Below are positions 49,426 through 58,665 of a DNA stretch of 64,000 nt, piece by piece; within the stretch, counting starts at the first letter, position 1; each line of letters opens with the position of its first letter. The position numbers were made by a program, and so were the translations under genes. The notes below the pieces were generated by a model. That model did no database searches and had not been told where the DNA came from. It saw only the letters and a program-made list of their open reading frames with translations. The DNA is from Candidatus Poribacteria bacterium (GTDB taxonomy: Bacteria; Poribacteria; WGA-4E; PCPOR2b): NCBI GenBank assembly GCA_965215015.1, contig OZ244042.1, positions 1,568,001 through 1,632,000 on the forward strand, given 5' to 3'.

Positions 49426-49546
49426 CCCCCCTGACCCCCCGCAAGCAGGGGGAATAGCCCCCCTGACCCCCCGCAAGCAGGGGGAATAACCCCCCTAACC
49501 CCCCGCAAGCAGGGGGAATAGGATGACCTCCCGCAAGCAGGGAGGG
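49426..49546. repeat. Tandem 32-bp GC hairpin repeat x3 plus a degenerate fourth
   Basis: CCCCCCTRACCCCCCGCAAGCAGGGGGAATAR. Confidence 0.92.
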
Positions 49547-49880
49547 AACCCGATTCCAACGTGAGCATGTCCGTCTATCGGCTTGTGCAATTGACGATTA
49601 CCGTGATGGCTGTCCATTTTGAATGTGTAGGTTTTCATGATGTTTTCAGGGGATTGTCTTTCTGTCTTTCATAGTCAATCGTTTTTGACCTATCAACGCC
49701 CTTTGGCTGACTACAGTCCCTCCCTAAAGGGTTTGGGCTGCGGGGGCTTGTCAGCAGGATTGATAAGAATTGCTTAAATAGTGTTAGACTTTCTGATCGT
49801 CCGGTAGGCCGGGTTGAAGTGAATCCCTATTAGGAACGATAGAGAGGCTGCCTTAAGGGGAACGAAGGAGACGTAACAAA

Positions 49881-51809
49881 GTGTCTAAAGTGCCTGAAGC
49901 GACCTTCCACAACGGTCTGACGCTCAAATCCTTTCTCATTGCCCTATGCCTCATTCCGATCAATATTTACTGGATCGTTCAACTTGAAGTCATCCGCTAC
50001 ACATTCCCAACGCTCGTCCATCCCCTATCAAATGTTATTTTTATTGTATTTTGGCTACTTCTGATTGGGTACGGTCTCAAGAAAATTTCTCCAAAACTCG
50101 GGATTAGTTCGCCGGAGCTTCTGACAATCTATGTCATGTTGGGTATCGTATCATCTCTCGGCTCGGCAGACATGATGCAAATTTTGATCACGATTTTGGG
50201 GCACCCCTTCCGCTTTGCGACGCCTGAAAACCAATGGCGCGAACTGTTCTGGAAGGAACTTCCCTCTTGGCTCACCGTCCAAGATGAAAAGGTACTAACC
50301 CCCTATTACGAAGGGGGATCCAGCTTCTATATCAAACGGCACCTGTATGCGTGGCTCCGCCCCGCTCTGGCATACATCCTATTTATCTTTGTGCTGATGT
50401 TTGTGATGCTGTGCATCAATACGCTGTTACGGATTCAGTGGACGGAACGGGAACGACTGACTTACCCAATTATTCAACTTCCACTGGAGATGACGGATAC
50501 CAGCAACAGGTTCTTTAAAAATAAACTGATGTGGCTTGGCTTCAGCATCGCTGCGTTGATTAGTATAGTGAATCTGCTCAATTCGATTTACCCCACTGTT
50601 CCCTATATTCCCGTCAAGCGTCAGAATCTACATCAATATTTCACCGTCCGCCCTTGGAATGCGATGGGCTCCTTCCGAATCTCGTTCTATCCCTTTGTCA
50701 TCGGCATTAGTTTCCTTATACCACTAGATCTCCTCTTTTCATGCTGGATGTTTTACGGAGTCTATAAGATCGAACTAATGGTCGGTAACATAATGGGGTG
50801 GCGCAATCTGCCGCGTTTTCCTTATTTTAACGAGCAGGCCTTGGGTGTCTACGTTGGGCTACTCGCATTTGCGCTGTGGATCGGCAGAGTCCATTTCAAA
50901 GGATTGGGGCGCCATCTGCTACGCTCATCTCCACTCGATGATTCCCGTGAACCGATACCATACCGCTTGGCGGTCGCCGGCATATTACTTGGATTAATAT
51001 TCTTGACAGTATTTTCCTACAGAGCGGGGATGTCCTTGTGGGTTACTCCAATCTTTTTCGGGATTTACTTCCTATTAGCAATAATGATTGCGAGACTCCG
51101 TGCGGAATTGGGTTTTTTAGTACACGATTTGCATCAGATTGACCCGCACAACACGCTCGTCATCGTATTTGGTACACGCCGCCTGGGACCTGGCACATTG
51201 ACCGTCTTTTCGCTATATCAGTTTTTCAATCGTGCCTATCGGGCTCACCCGATGCCACCGCAACTGGAAGGCCTGAAAATCGCTGAAAGGCGAAATATCA
51301 ATCCGCGTCATATAGCTGCAGCGATTCTACTTGCCACCTTAATTGGATCCGTAAGTGTTTTTTGGGTGTTGTTAGATAATTACTACCAACACGGCGCGGA
51401 AACGGGGTACTATGGACCATGGGCCCTAGGGTACGGACGAGCCATCTATCGTCAACTCGAAAACTGGCTGAACTATCCCCAAGAGACGGATCTCCCAGCT
51501 CTCACTTTCATGGGAGGCGGACTCAGTTTCGCAGCACTACTCATGTTCCTAAGAACACGCTTTCTGTGGTGGCCCCTCCATCCACTCGGCTATGCCATGG
51601 CAAATAGCTGGGGAATGTTCAATCTGTGGGCGTGTCTCTTTGTCGCATGGGTGGCGAAAGCACTCATCCTACGCCACGGTGGGCTTAAAGCGTATCGACA
51701 GGCGATTCCCTTCTTTTTAGGTCTTGCCCTAGGAGACTATATTTTCGGCAGCCTTTGGAGTATTATCAGCATTGCAGCCAATACTACTCTGTATCAATTT
51801 TTTCCCTAG
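49881..51809 (+). CDS. DUF6785/DUF6784-like membrane protein
   Basis: Same motifs as paralogues; GTG start. Confidence 0.8.
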   Translation: MSKVPEATFHNGLTLKSFLIALCLIPINIYWIVQLEVIRYTFPTLVHPLSNVIFIVFWLLLIGYGLKKISPKLGISSPELLTIYVMLGIVSSLGSADMMQILITILGHPFRFATPENQWRELFWKELPSWLTVQDEKVLTPYYEGGSSFYIKRHLYAWLRPALAYILFIFVLMFVMLCINTLLRIQWTERERLTYPIIQLPLEMTDTSNRFFKNKLMWLGFSIAALISIVNLLNSIYPTVPYIPVKRQNLHQYFTVRPWNAMGSFRISFYPFVIGISFLIPLDLLFSCWMFYGVYKIELMVGNIMGWRNLPRFPYFNEQALGVYVGLLAFALWIGRVHFKGLGRHLLRSSPLDDSREPIPYRLAVAGILLGLIFLTVFSYRAGMSLWVTPIFFGIYFLLAIMIARLRAELGFLVHDLHQIDPHNTLVIVFGTRRLGPGTLTVFSLYQFFNRAYRAHPMPPQLEGLKIAERRNINPRHIAAAILLATLIGSVSVFWVLLDNYYQHGAETGYYGPWALGYGRAIYRQLENWLNYPQETDLPALTFMGGGLSFAALLMFLRTRFLWWPLHPLGYAMANSWGMFNLWACLFVAWVAKALILRHGGLKAYRQAIPFFLGLALGDYIFGSLWSIISIAANTTLYQFFP

Positions 51810-51866
51810 CCGATAGAGCTAATTTTGATCTGCTTGTAATGGATATCAACACATATAGGCGGTGAA

Positions 51867-53849
51867 ATGAACAGTACATCAACAGAACCTCAAAATACCC
51901 GTTTTACCCTGATAGGAAATACCCCTGTGCCCTTCCAAAGTGGTTTAACGCTTAAATCATTCGTTATCGCTGTCCTACTGATTCCAATCACTGTTGCCTG
52001 GATCATTCAGCTTGAGGTGGTTCGTCATACCTTCCCAACACTTGTTCATCCGCTCTCACATGTCATTTTTACGCTCTTCTGGCTCGTTCTAATCGGGTGG
52101 ATATTCGGCAAAATCTCACCTAAACTCGGCCTCTCTCAACAGGAACTCCTCACAATCTACTTCATGCTGTGTATTGTCTCTACCCTGTGTTCATATGACT
52201 GTATGGAGATCTTCGTGCCGATCATGGCGCATGCATTCCGATTTGCCAGTCCCGAAAACGAATGGCGTCAACTGTTTTGGCGACAGCTTCCGGAATGGCT
52301 CACCGTTCACGATGAAAAAGCGGTGACCGCTCTTTATGAAGGGGGGTCAAGTCTCTACATTGAGAGGTATTTGAAGGCGTGGCTCATTCCGGCGGTGGCG
52401 TGGATGGCGTTTCTTTTCGCGTGGATGGTTGTGATGCTATGTGTCAACGCGCTGTTACGGGTTCAGTGGATTGAGCGCGAGCGGTTGACTTACCCCTTGA
52501 CTCAACTTCCGTTAGAGATGACCAATCCTAGGTTGGGGTTCTTCAGAAACAGATTGATGTGGTTCGGTTTCGGCATCGCCGCCTTGATTAGTATTGTGAA
52601 CCTGCTCCATTCAATCAACCCGGTTGTCCCCTATATTCCTGTCAAGCGCCAGAGCATCAGTCACTATTTTACCACCCGCCCTTGGAATGGGATGGGAGGG
52701 GTGCAAGTCGCTTTTTATCCTTTTGCGATTGGTATTGGTTTCCTCATACCGCTAGATCTCCTGTTTTCATGCTGGGCGTTTTTCTGGATCTACAAGATTG
52801 AACTGATGGTCGGCAGCGTCATGGGTTGGCGAGGGCTCCCGCGCTTCCCTTACCCCGCCGAACAAGGCTTCGGTGTATATATGGGGCTACTAGGATTCGT
52901 CCTCTGGACTGGCAGATCCCATATCAAAAGTCTGGTGCGTCATCTGTTTAGCTCTCGCGCCTCCCCGTCGCAACTAGATGATTCTGGCGAACCAATGCCA
53001 TATCGTCTTGCATTCGCGGGTATCCTGATCGGTATGATTTTTCTGATGGCATTTTCCTATAAAGCCGGCATGTCGTTATGGGTGATTCCCATTTTTTTCG
53101 CAATCTACTTCTTATTAGCGATAATGGTTACCCGACTAAGGGCAGAGTTGGGGTTCCTAGTGCACGGTTTGAAATACATCAGTCCACATAACATGATTAT
53201 TGTCGGTGTTGGCACATGGCGACTTAATTCCAGCACACTGACGGTTTTTTCGCTGTACATGTTTTTCAATCGCGCCAACTGGGCAAATCCAATGCCGGAG
53301 CAGCTAGAAGCCTTGAAAATCTCGGAAAGGCGGCATATTAACCCGCGCCATACAGCCATTGCTATTCTGCTTGCGACGGTGATTGGATCGGGGGTGACCT
53401 TTTGGCTGTTGTTGGATGTCTATTATCGACATGGCGCGGAATCTGGATACTTTGATCCCGCCACATTGGGATTTGGACGTGATGTCTATGTGCAGCTTGA
53501 AAATTGGCTGAACTCTCCCAAAGAGCCAGATCGCCCAGCACTCGCCTTTATGGGGGGAGGACTTGTGTTTACTATCTTGCTGATGTTTTTGCGAGCGCGC
53601 TTCCTATGGTGGCCTCTCCATCCACTCGGCTATGCAACAGCACAGAGTTGGGGGATGGGGAATCTGTGGTGCTGTTTATTTGTTGCCTGGGCCTGCAAGG
53701 CTGTCATCCTGCGTTATAGCGGATTCAACGCATATCGACGCGCAATTCCGTTCTTTTTAGGACTCGCGTTAGGAGACTATATCTTGGGGAGCCTTTGGAG
53801 TATTTTAGACATTCCAACCACTATCTCTTTATACCTATTTTTCCCTTAA
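51867..53849 (+). CDS. DUF6785/DUF6784-like membrane protein (tandem paralogue)
   Basis: Closely similar to the preceding gene. Confidence 0.8.
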   Translation: MNSTSTEPQNTRFTLIGNTPVPFQSGLTLKSFVIAVLLIPITVAWIIQLEVVRHTFPTLVHPLSHVIFTLFWLVLIGWIFGKISPKLGLSQQELLTIYFMLCIVSTLCSYDCMEIFVPIMAHAFRFASPENEWRQLFWRQLPEWLTVHDEKAVTALYEGGSSLYIERYLKAWLIPAVAWMAFLFAWMVVMLCVNALLRVQWIERERLTYPLTQLPLEMTNPRLGFFRNRLMWFGFGIAALISIVNLLHSINPVVPYIPVKRQSISHYFTTRPWNGMGGVQVAFYPFAIGIGFLIPLDLLFSCWAFFWIYKIELMVGSVMGWRGLPRFPYPAEQGFGVYMGLLGFVLWTGRSHIKSLVRHLFSSRASPSQLDDSGEPMPYRLAFAGILIGMIFLMAFSYKAGMSLWVIPIFFAIYFLLAIMVTRLRAELGFLVHGLKYISPHNMIIVGVGTWRLNSSTLTVFSLYMFFNRANWANPMPEQLEALKISERRHINPRHTAIAILLATVIGSGVTFWLLLDVYYRHGAESGYFDPATLGFGRDVYVQLENWLNSPKEPDRPALAFMGGGLVFTILLMFLRARFLWWPLHPLGYATAQSWGMGNLWCCLFVAWACKAVILRYSGFNAYRRAIPFFLGLALGDYILGSLWSILDIPTTISLYLFFP

Positions 53850-53886
53850 TATACGAGGGGGTATCGCTTTGAATCAAAGTGCTCGC

Positions 53887-54792
53887 TCAACCGAGTCGTG
53901 TCAAATACTGCCCCACGATGTCTACCCCTACGAGGTCACTATATGCTTTCTGGAGGTGGCCGGTAACCGGACCCGGTACACCCCCCTCACCGATGGTTAA
54001 GCCGTTGACAGAGGACACAGAGCATATGCAGAAACTGGTAGAGGTCACGAAGGCTTCGTCCGCCGTATAAACATCATAGAGATCGATATCCCCCTCATCC
54101 ACCTTCATGTTCAGGCCTTGGGCGAGCTCAATGGCAGTCTCACGGCTTATGCCTGCTAGAACGTACTGCTCCTTTGGTGTAACGACTACCCCATTTTTCA
54201 CTATGAAGAAGTTGCTCCCGAGTCCTTCGGATATATTACCGTTGATGTCCAACAAGATAGAGAAGGCGTCCGGGTTCTGTGCCTTTACCTCCTGATCGGC
54301 AAGGACGAGGTTAATGTAATTGTGCACCTTGACCCTAGGACTCATGCACTCAGGCGGCGTCCGTCTTATCGAAGGGATGATGACGGTCAGACCGTCACGG
54401 TAATACCGGGCCCTCGCAGCAAACGGTAAAGGGTTGCACTCGATGATTACCGTTGGCTTATATTTGCCCCCTCCCGTGGGGACACCTCTGCTAATCCGCT
54501 GTATCACCCAATAGTCATCGTCTGCTCCCAACAGGGGTTGATTTGCCTCTAATACCTGCATGGTCAACTCTGCCATCCGTTGCGGGGAAATCCCCGGATC
54601 AAGGCGCATATATTTTAGCGATCTGTACAACCGATCCAGATGCTCCCTCAGTTTGAATATCACCCCTCCGAAAGTACGGGTCGCATCGAAGACCGCATCC
54701 CCGGTTACAAATCCCTGGTCCCGGAAGGAGATCTTCGCCTCGCTCTCTAAGACTATCTCTCCATTGATGTATACCACACGTTCTTGAGCCAT
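53887..54792 (-). CDS. Class IV aminotransferase
   Basis: GDAVFDATR, HLDRL, VKVHNY, EGLGSN, LAGISR, ADEAFVTST. Confidence 0.92.
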   Translation of the reverse strand: MAQERVVYINGEIVLESEAKISFRDQGFVTGDAVFDATRTFGGVIFKLREHLDRLYRSLKYMRLDPGISPQRMAELTMQVLEANQPLLGADDDYWVIQRISRGVPTGGGKYKPTVIIECNPLPFAARARYYRDGLTVIIPSIRRTPPECMSPRVKVHNYINLVLADQEVKAQNPDAFSILLDINGNISEGLGSNFFIVKNGVVVTPKEQYVLAGISRETAIELAQGLNMKVDEGDIDLYDVYTADEAFVTSTSFCICSVSSVNGLTIGEGGVPGPVTGHLQKAYSDLVGVDIVGQYLTRLG

Positions 54793-54872
54793 GTTGTTTT
54801 CCTGCTCCTTGAAGCTATAGACTACCCGAAAAGTTCGCTACACTGCTCAGATTTGCCCTCAAAGTAAAGGTT

Positions 54873-54990
54873 TCTAAACCGTGCCGATTGGTTTCTTCAT
54901 CTGGGTCGGGTAGAGGTTGTTTCCTGATGTGATGTACAGGATTTTGTGCTGGGCCTCGCGATCAAAAACGACATTGAACTCGGTGATTAA
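54873..54990 (-). pseudogene. Possible SMP-30/gluconolactonase C-terminal remnant
   Basis: NVVFDREAQHKILYITSGNNLY. Confidence 0.3.
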
Positions 54991-54998
54991 TATTGTTC

Positions 54999-55259
54999 CT
55001 ACTTCTCCACTGATGAAAATTCATCTGCCAACCGTAAAAGTTGTTCTTCTGGAAGATTAGTGATTTCAGAGATAAGCGTCATCTCCATTCCTTTGGCAAG
55101 CATCGCCTTGGCAGTTTCAATCTTCCCTTCAATTCTACCTTCCTGCTTGCCCTCGAGCAGACCTTCCTGCTTCCCTTCAATTCTACCTTCCTGCTTGCCC
55201 TCAAGCAGACCATTTTGAAAAATCTGACGCCTTTCTCGCTCTAACGCTGTTACTAACAT
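54999..55259 (-). CDS. Stand-alone Rpn C-terminal module (putative RpnS antitoxin, 86 aa)
   Basis: Copy of the Rpn 3' end including SD GAGGAGGTGA and ATG; duplicated DNA extends to ~55395. Confidence 0.65.
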   Translation of the reverse strand: MLVTALERERRQIFQNGLLEGKQEGRIEGKQEGLLEGKQEGRIEGKIETAKAMLAKGMEMTLISEITNLPEEQLLRLADEFSSVEK

Positions 55260-55467
55260 CGTACTCACCTCCTCTTCGCTGCGATAAATGAAATCAAGCG
55301 ACTCGTAATCTGCTGATCCTATCCGACCATGGAGAGCCAACTGCCTGAACCAGTTTAAAAACAAACTGACAGCCTCTTTGTCCACCTCCGAAAACAATCC
55401 CAACGCAAAGCTTGTATCCCAAAGATAAATCTTTCGGCTTTACGGGTTAAAGCCCCTATCGGTAAGG

Positions 55468-56550
55468 TCAGGATTTACACACTTCTGACACTAAGCCCTC
55501 CCCTCTCAACTGCAAAAGTTGTTCTTCTGGAAGATTAGTGATTTCGGAGATGAGCCTCATCTCCATTCCCTTGGCAAGCATCGCCTTTGCCGTTTCAATC
55601 TTCCCTTCAATTCTGCCTTTCTGCTCACCCTCAAGCAGACCTTCCTGCTTGCCCTCAAGCAAACCTTCCTGCTTCCCTTCAATTCTACCTTCCTGCTTGC
55701 CCTCGAGCAAACCTTCCTGCTTCCCTTCAATTCTACCTTCCTGCTTGCCCTCAAGCAAACCTTCTTGCTTGCCCTCAAGCAGACCATTTTGGAAAATCTG
55801 ACGCCTTTCTCGCTCTAACGCTGTTACTAACATCGTACTCACCTCCTCTTCGCTGCGGTAAATGAAATCAAGCGACTCGTAATCTGCTGATCCTATCCGA
55901 CCATGGAGAGCCAACTGCCTGAACCAGTTTAAAAACAAACTGACCGCCTCTTTGTCCACCTCCGAAGAAAACAGATTCAACAGCTCTACCTCCAGCAAAT
56001 CTAAGTCGTAATGTGATTCTGCCAAAAACAAAGTCGATACTATGTTTCGGATGGTCAACAACGCTTCCTGACTGTATTGGTTCTCAGCAATTAGGAAATA
56101 CTGAAAATCTAAGGCGAATGCACCAAGGGGTGGATCCCGCTCAATCAACCCCGAAAGATTCACCGGGGCCGTCCAAGATGCTTCTCCATTATACAACACG
56201 ATTGGAAAAACTGCCGGCAGCCTTTTGACACCTCTGTTATTGACGAGAAAATCCATGTAAAAGTTGGTGATGTAGTTGAGGACACGCAACGCCATGAACG
56301 GGTCAACGGTGGATTGAAACTCGATGAGAATATAGATGTAGACCTCACGGTCATGAAACTGGATTTTGTAGACTAAGTCACTCTCTGTTTCTTTGTAGTG
56401 TTCGGAGATAAAGGATTTATCTAGGGGTTCACAGTTGTCGAAATCCAGCTGAGCGACCCATTCTTGGTTGACGAATGTCTCAAGGAGCTGCTGAAATATG
56501 GTACGATTTGAGAATAGCTTCTTATAGCCGCTGTCGTGAATGTTCATCAT
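55468..56550 (-). CDS. Rpn family (recombination-promoting nuclease/Transposase_31) protein with internal start at 55833
   Basis: HDSGYKKLF, ESDLVY, IEFQS, PIVLYNG, EG-repeat tail. Confidence 0.92.
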   Translation of the reverse strand: MMNIHDSGYKKLFSNRTIFQQLLETFVNQEWVAQLDFDNCEPLDKSFISEHYKETESDLVYKIQFHDREVYIYILIEFQSTVDPFMALRVLNYITNFYMDFLVNNRGVKRLPAVFPIVLYNGEASWTAPVNLSGLIERDPPLGAFALDFQYFLIAENQYSQEALLTIRNIVSTLFLAESHYDLDLLEVELLNLFSSEVDKEAVSLFLNWFRQLALHGRIGSADYESLDFIYRSEEEVSTMLVTALERERRQIFQNGLLEGKQEGLLEGKQEGRIEGKQEGLLEGKQEGRIEGKQEGLLEGKQEGLLEGEQKGRIEGKIETAKAMLAKGMEMRLISEITNLPEEQLLQLRGEGLVSEVCKS

Positions 56551-56607
56551 TAACACCTTTTCAACGAATAGGGCAGACAAATCCTTTCCGGTGCTGAGTA
56601 ACGATTT

Positions 56608-57399
56608 CTATCGCTCCGGGAGCAGTGCTGTCAGGCCGCCATCAATAACGAAATTAGCACCGGTAATATTGGTCGCCCTCTCGCTGCACAAGAATAGTGC
56701 CAGTTCTGCGACTTCTTGCGGTGATGTAAAGCGGCGGGTTGGATATTGTGAGCACCAGACCTGCCATTGCTCATCTTTGGTACGGTTAAACAGGCGCGCC
56801 GCTTGGTCAACTGCAGCCTCCAATAATGGCGTTTCCACCGACCCGGGTGAGATAGCGTTGGCGCGGATGCCATATTTTGCCAAATCAATGGCTTCGCTCC
56901 GGGTGAGCGATAGTAACCCGGCTTTGGTCACTGAATAGACCATCGCATCTTCTTGGTTCGCCAAGCCTGACACCGAAGCAATGTTGAGAATAGCACCGCC
57001 TTGTTGTTTGATATATGGCACCGAATATTTTGCCATCAGAAAAGCGGAGGTGAGGTTGACTGAGACTGTCCTATCCCACATTGACAGCGAGAGTGCTTCG
57101 ACATCTCCCGGACAATCGACAATGCCGACAGTATTGATCAGGCAGTCAATTGTCCCAAAGGTTTGGGCAACTGTTTCACAAAAACTACGCACCGGGGCTT
57201 CATCAACAACATCAATCGCACCGCTGTGGACGGTTGTCCCCGCTTGTCGATATTTTTTAGCGGTGCGTGAGAGTTCGTCTCGGCGTATGTCACAAAGGGC
57301 TAATGTGGCACCGGCATCCGCGAATTTTTCAGCGACTACCTCTCCGATGCCGCCACATGCACCAGTGATGATGACTACCTTGTTCTTGTAGTTTTCCAA
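56608..57399 (-). CDS. SDR oxidoreductase
   Basis: TGACGGIG, NIAS, YSVTK, PG, IDGG. Confidence 0.94.
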   Translation of the reverse strand: MENYKNKVVIITGACGGIGEVVAEKFADAGATLALCDIRRDELSRTAKKYRQAGTTVHSGAIDVVDEAPVRSFCETVAQTFGTIDCLINTVGIVDCPGDVEALSLSMWDRTVSVNLTSAFLMAKYSVPYIKQQGGAILNIASVSGLANQEDAMVYSVTKAGLLSLTRSEAIDLAKYGIRANAISPGSVETPLLEAAVDQAARLFNRTKDEQWQVWCSQYPTRRFTSPQEVAELALFLCSERATNITGANFVIDGGLTALLPER

Positions 57400-57420
57400 T
57401 CGCTTCGCTCCGTTATGTGA

Positions 57421-57897
57421 TTAGCTGGCCGCTTTGTCGAAATTCTCGTGCCAGTAAATCGCTTCAATTGCACGATACTTTCCCTCTGTTTCAAAGTTCA
57501 TGCTGTGAACTTTGGGTGTGCGCTGATCCGTCCGATTGCTGATTGCTTCCGCGTTGCCAATGTAAAACCCCACGTGTCTACGAATCCTACCGTCGGGAAA
57601 TTCTGTCGGTTCCCAGACGAGGACACTGCCAACTTTCGGCTCTTCTATCTTGTTCCAACCTGACCGTTGGAGATTTGCCTCTAGCCCCCTGACGGTTGTG
57701 TGTAGGTCATCTATCAGTTTACAGTGGAAGAGTACCGATGAAACAAAATAGGCACAAGAAAGTATTCCATCTCGTAGAATATCTGTTTCTTCCCCGTCAA
57801 CAGAAGCGTATAGATTTCGGAATAGATCCGAACCAACACTGCGATGAACCATTAGCATGTAATTCTTAAAACGATTTAGCTGAACTGTTTGCGCCAA
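57421..57897 (-). CDS. NlpC/P60-like Cys-His hydrolase-fold protein
   Basis: LSCAYFVSSVL, GSVLVW, HVGFYIG, AISN. Confidence 0.65.
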   Translation of the reverse strand: MAQTVQLNRFKNYMLMVHRSVGSDLFRNLYASVDGEETDILRDGILSCAYFVSSVLFHCKLIDDLHTTVRGLEANLQRSGWNKIEEPKVGSVLVWEPTEFPDGRIRRHVGFYIGNAEAISNRTDQRTPKVHSMNFETEGKYRAIEAIYWHENFDKAAS

Positions 57898-57950
57898 AAT
57901 ATTCCTCCGATTAAAGACTCATATGATTTCTCGAAAGCACATTCCGCCCA

Positions 57951-58574
57951 TTACGTGAGATCTGACTTATAGCCTCCAAACAAGGCGCGCCCTTCCGTCT
58001 GCCAAAAACACTCCACATCAACAAACCCAATATTTTTAAGCCAAACGACCTGATCCTCGACCGTCCCAAAGGGATCGTGGTTGTCGCGCACGGGATCGCC
58101 GGATTTTCGGACCAAATCGTGGTTGGCGAAACAGCCACCCGGTTTCAGCAGCTGGAAGATTTCTGCGTATAACGCCCGTTTACGGTCATCAACAACATGG
58201 TGAATGGCTCGCGACGAGACCACTGCATCAAACAGTCGATCCGCGGATAGGGTTGCTAACCAATCTGGAGAATCAAAGTTCGATACAACAAAACAGAGTT
58301 GATCCCCCCAATCTGCTAGCCGCGCTTTCCCATGCTTTAGCATCTCCGCTGACCCATCGAGACACACCACCTGTGCATTTGGATAAGCAGTGAGAATCTC
58401 GCGTGTTACAATTCCATATCCGGCACCGAGATCTAACACCTCAATACATGCTTCAGAGCTGCATCGAATCAAACCCGCGAGTGCCGTAATCTGTTCCGCC
58501 CGTTGCGAGTCTGTTTTGTCACCATCTTCTATCCATTGACAAACATATTCGGGTGAATCCCATTCGTGTGGCAT
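57951..58574 (-). CDS. Class I SAM-dependent methyltransferase
   Basis: VLDLGAGYG, FDAVVS, LKPGG. Confidence 0.9.
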   Translation of the reverse strand: MPHEWDSPEYVCQWIEDGDKTDSQRAEQITALAGLIRCSSEACIEVLDLGAGYGIVTREILTAYPNAQVVCLDGSAEMLKHGKARLADWGDQLCFVVSNFDSPDWLATLSADRLFDAVVSSRAIHHVVDDRKRALYAEIFQLLKPGGCFANHDLVRKSGDPVRDNHDPFGTVEDQVVWLKNIGFVDVECFWQTEGRALFGGYKSDLT

Positions 58575-58665
58575 CGCATTTCTCCTTTCAATGAATCAGA
58601 AATTATTAGATTAACAGTTTGCCTCTTGGTACAGGTCCTACAAAACAGAGCCGAAACTTGTTGAC

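Noticed and set aside
49426-49546. CRISPR array
   Set aside because: Units are contiguous with no unique spacers.
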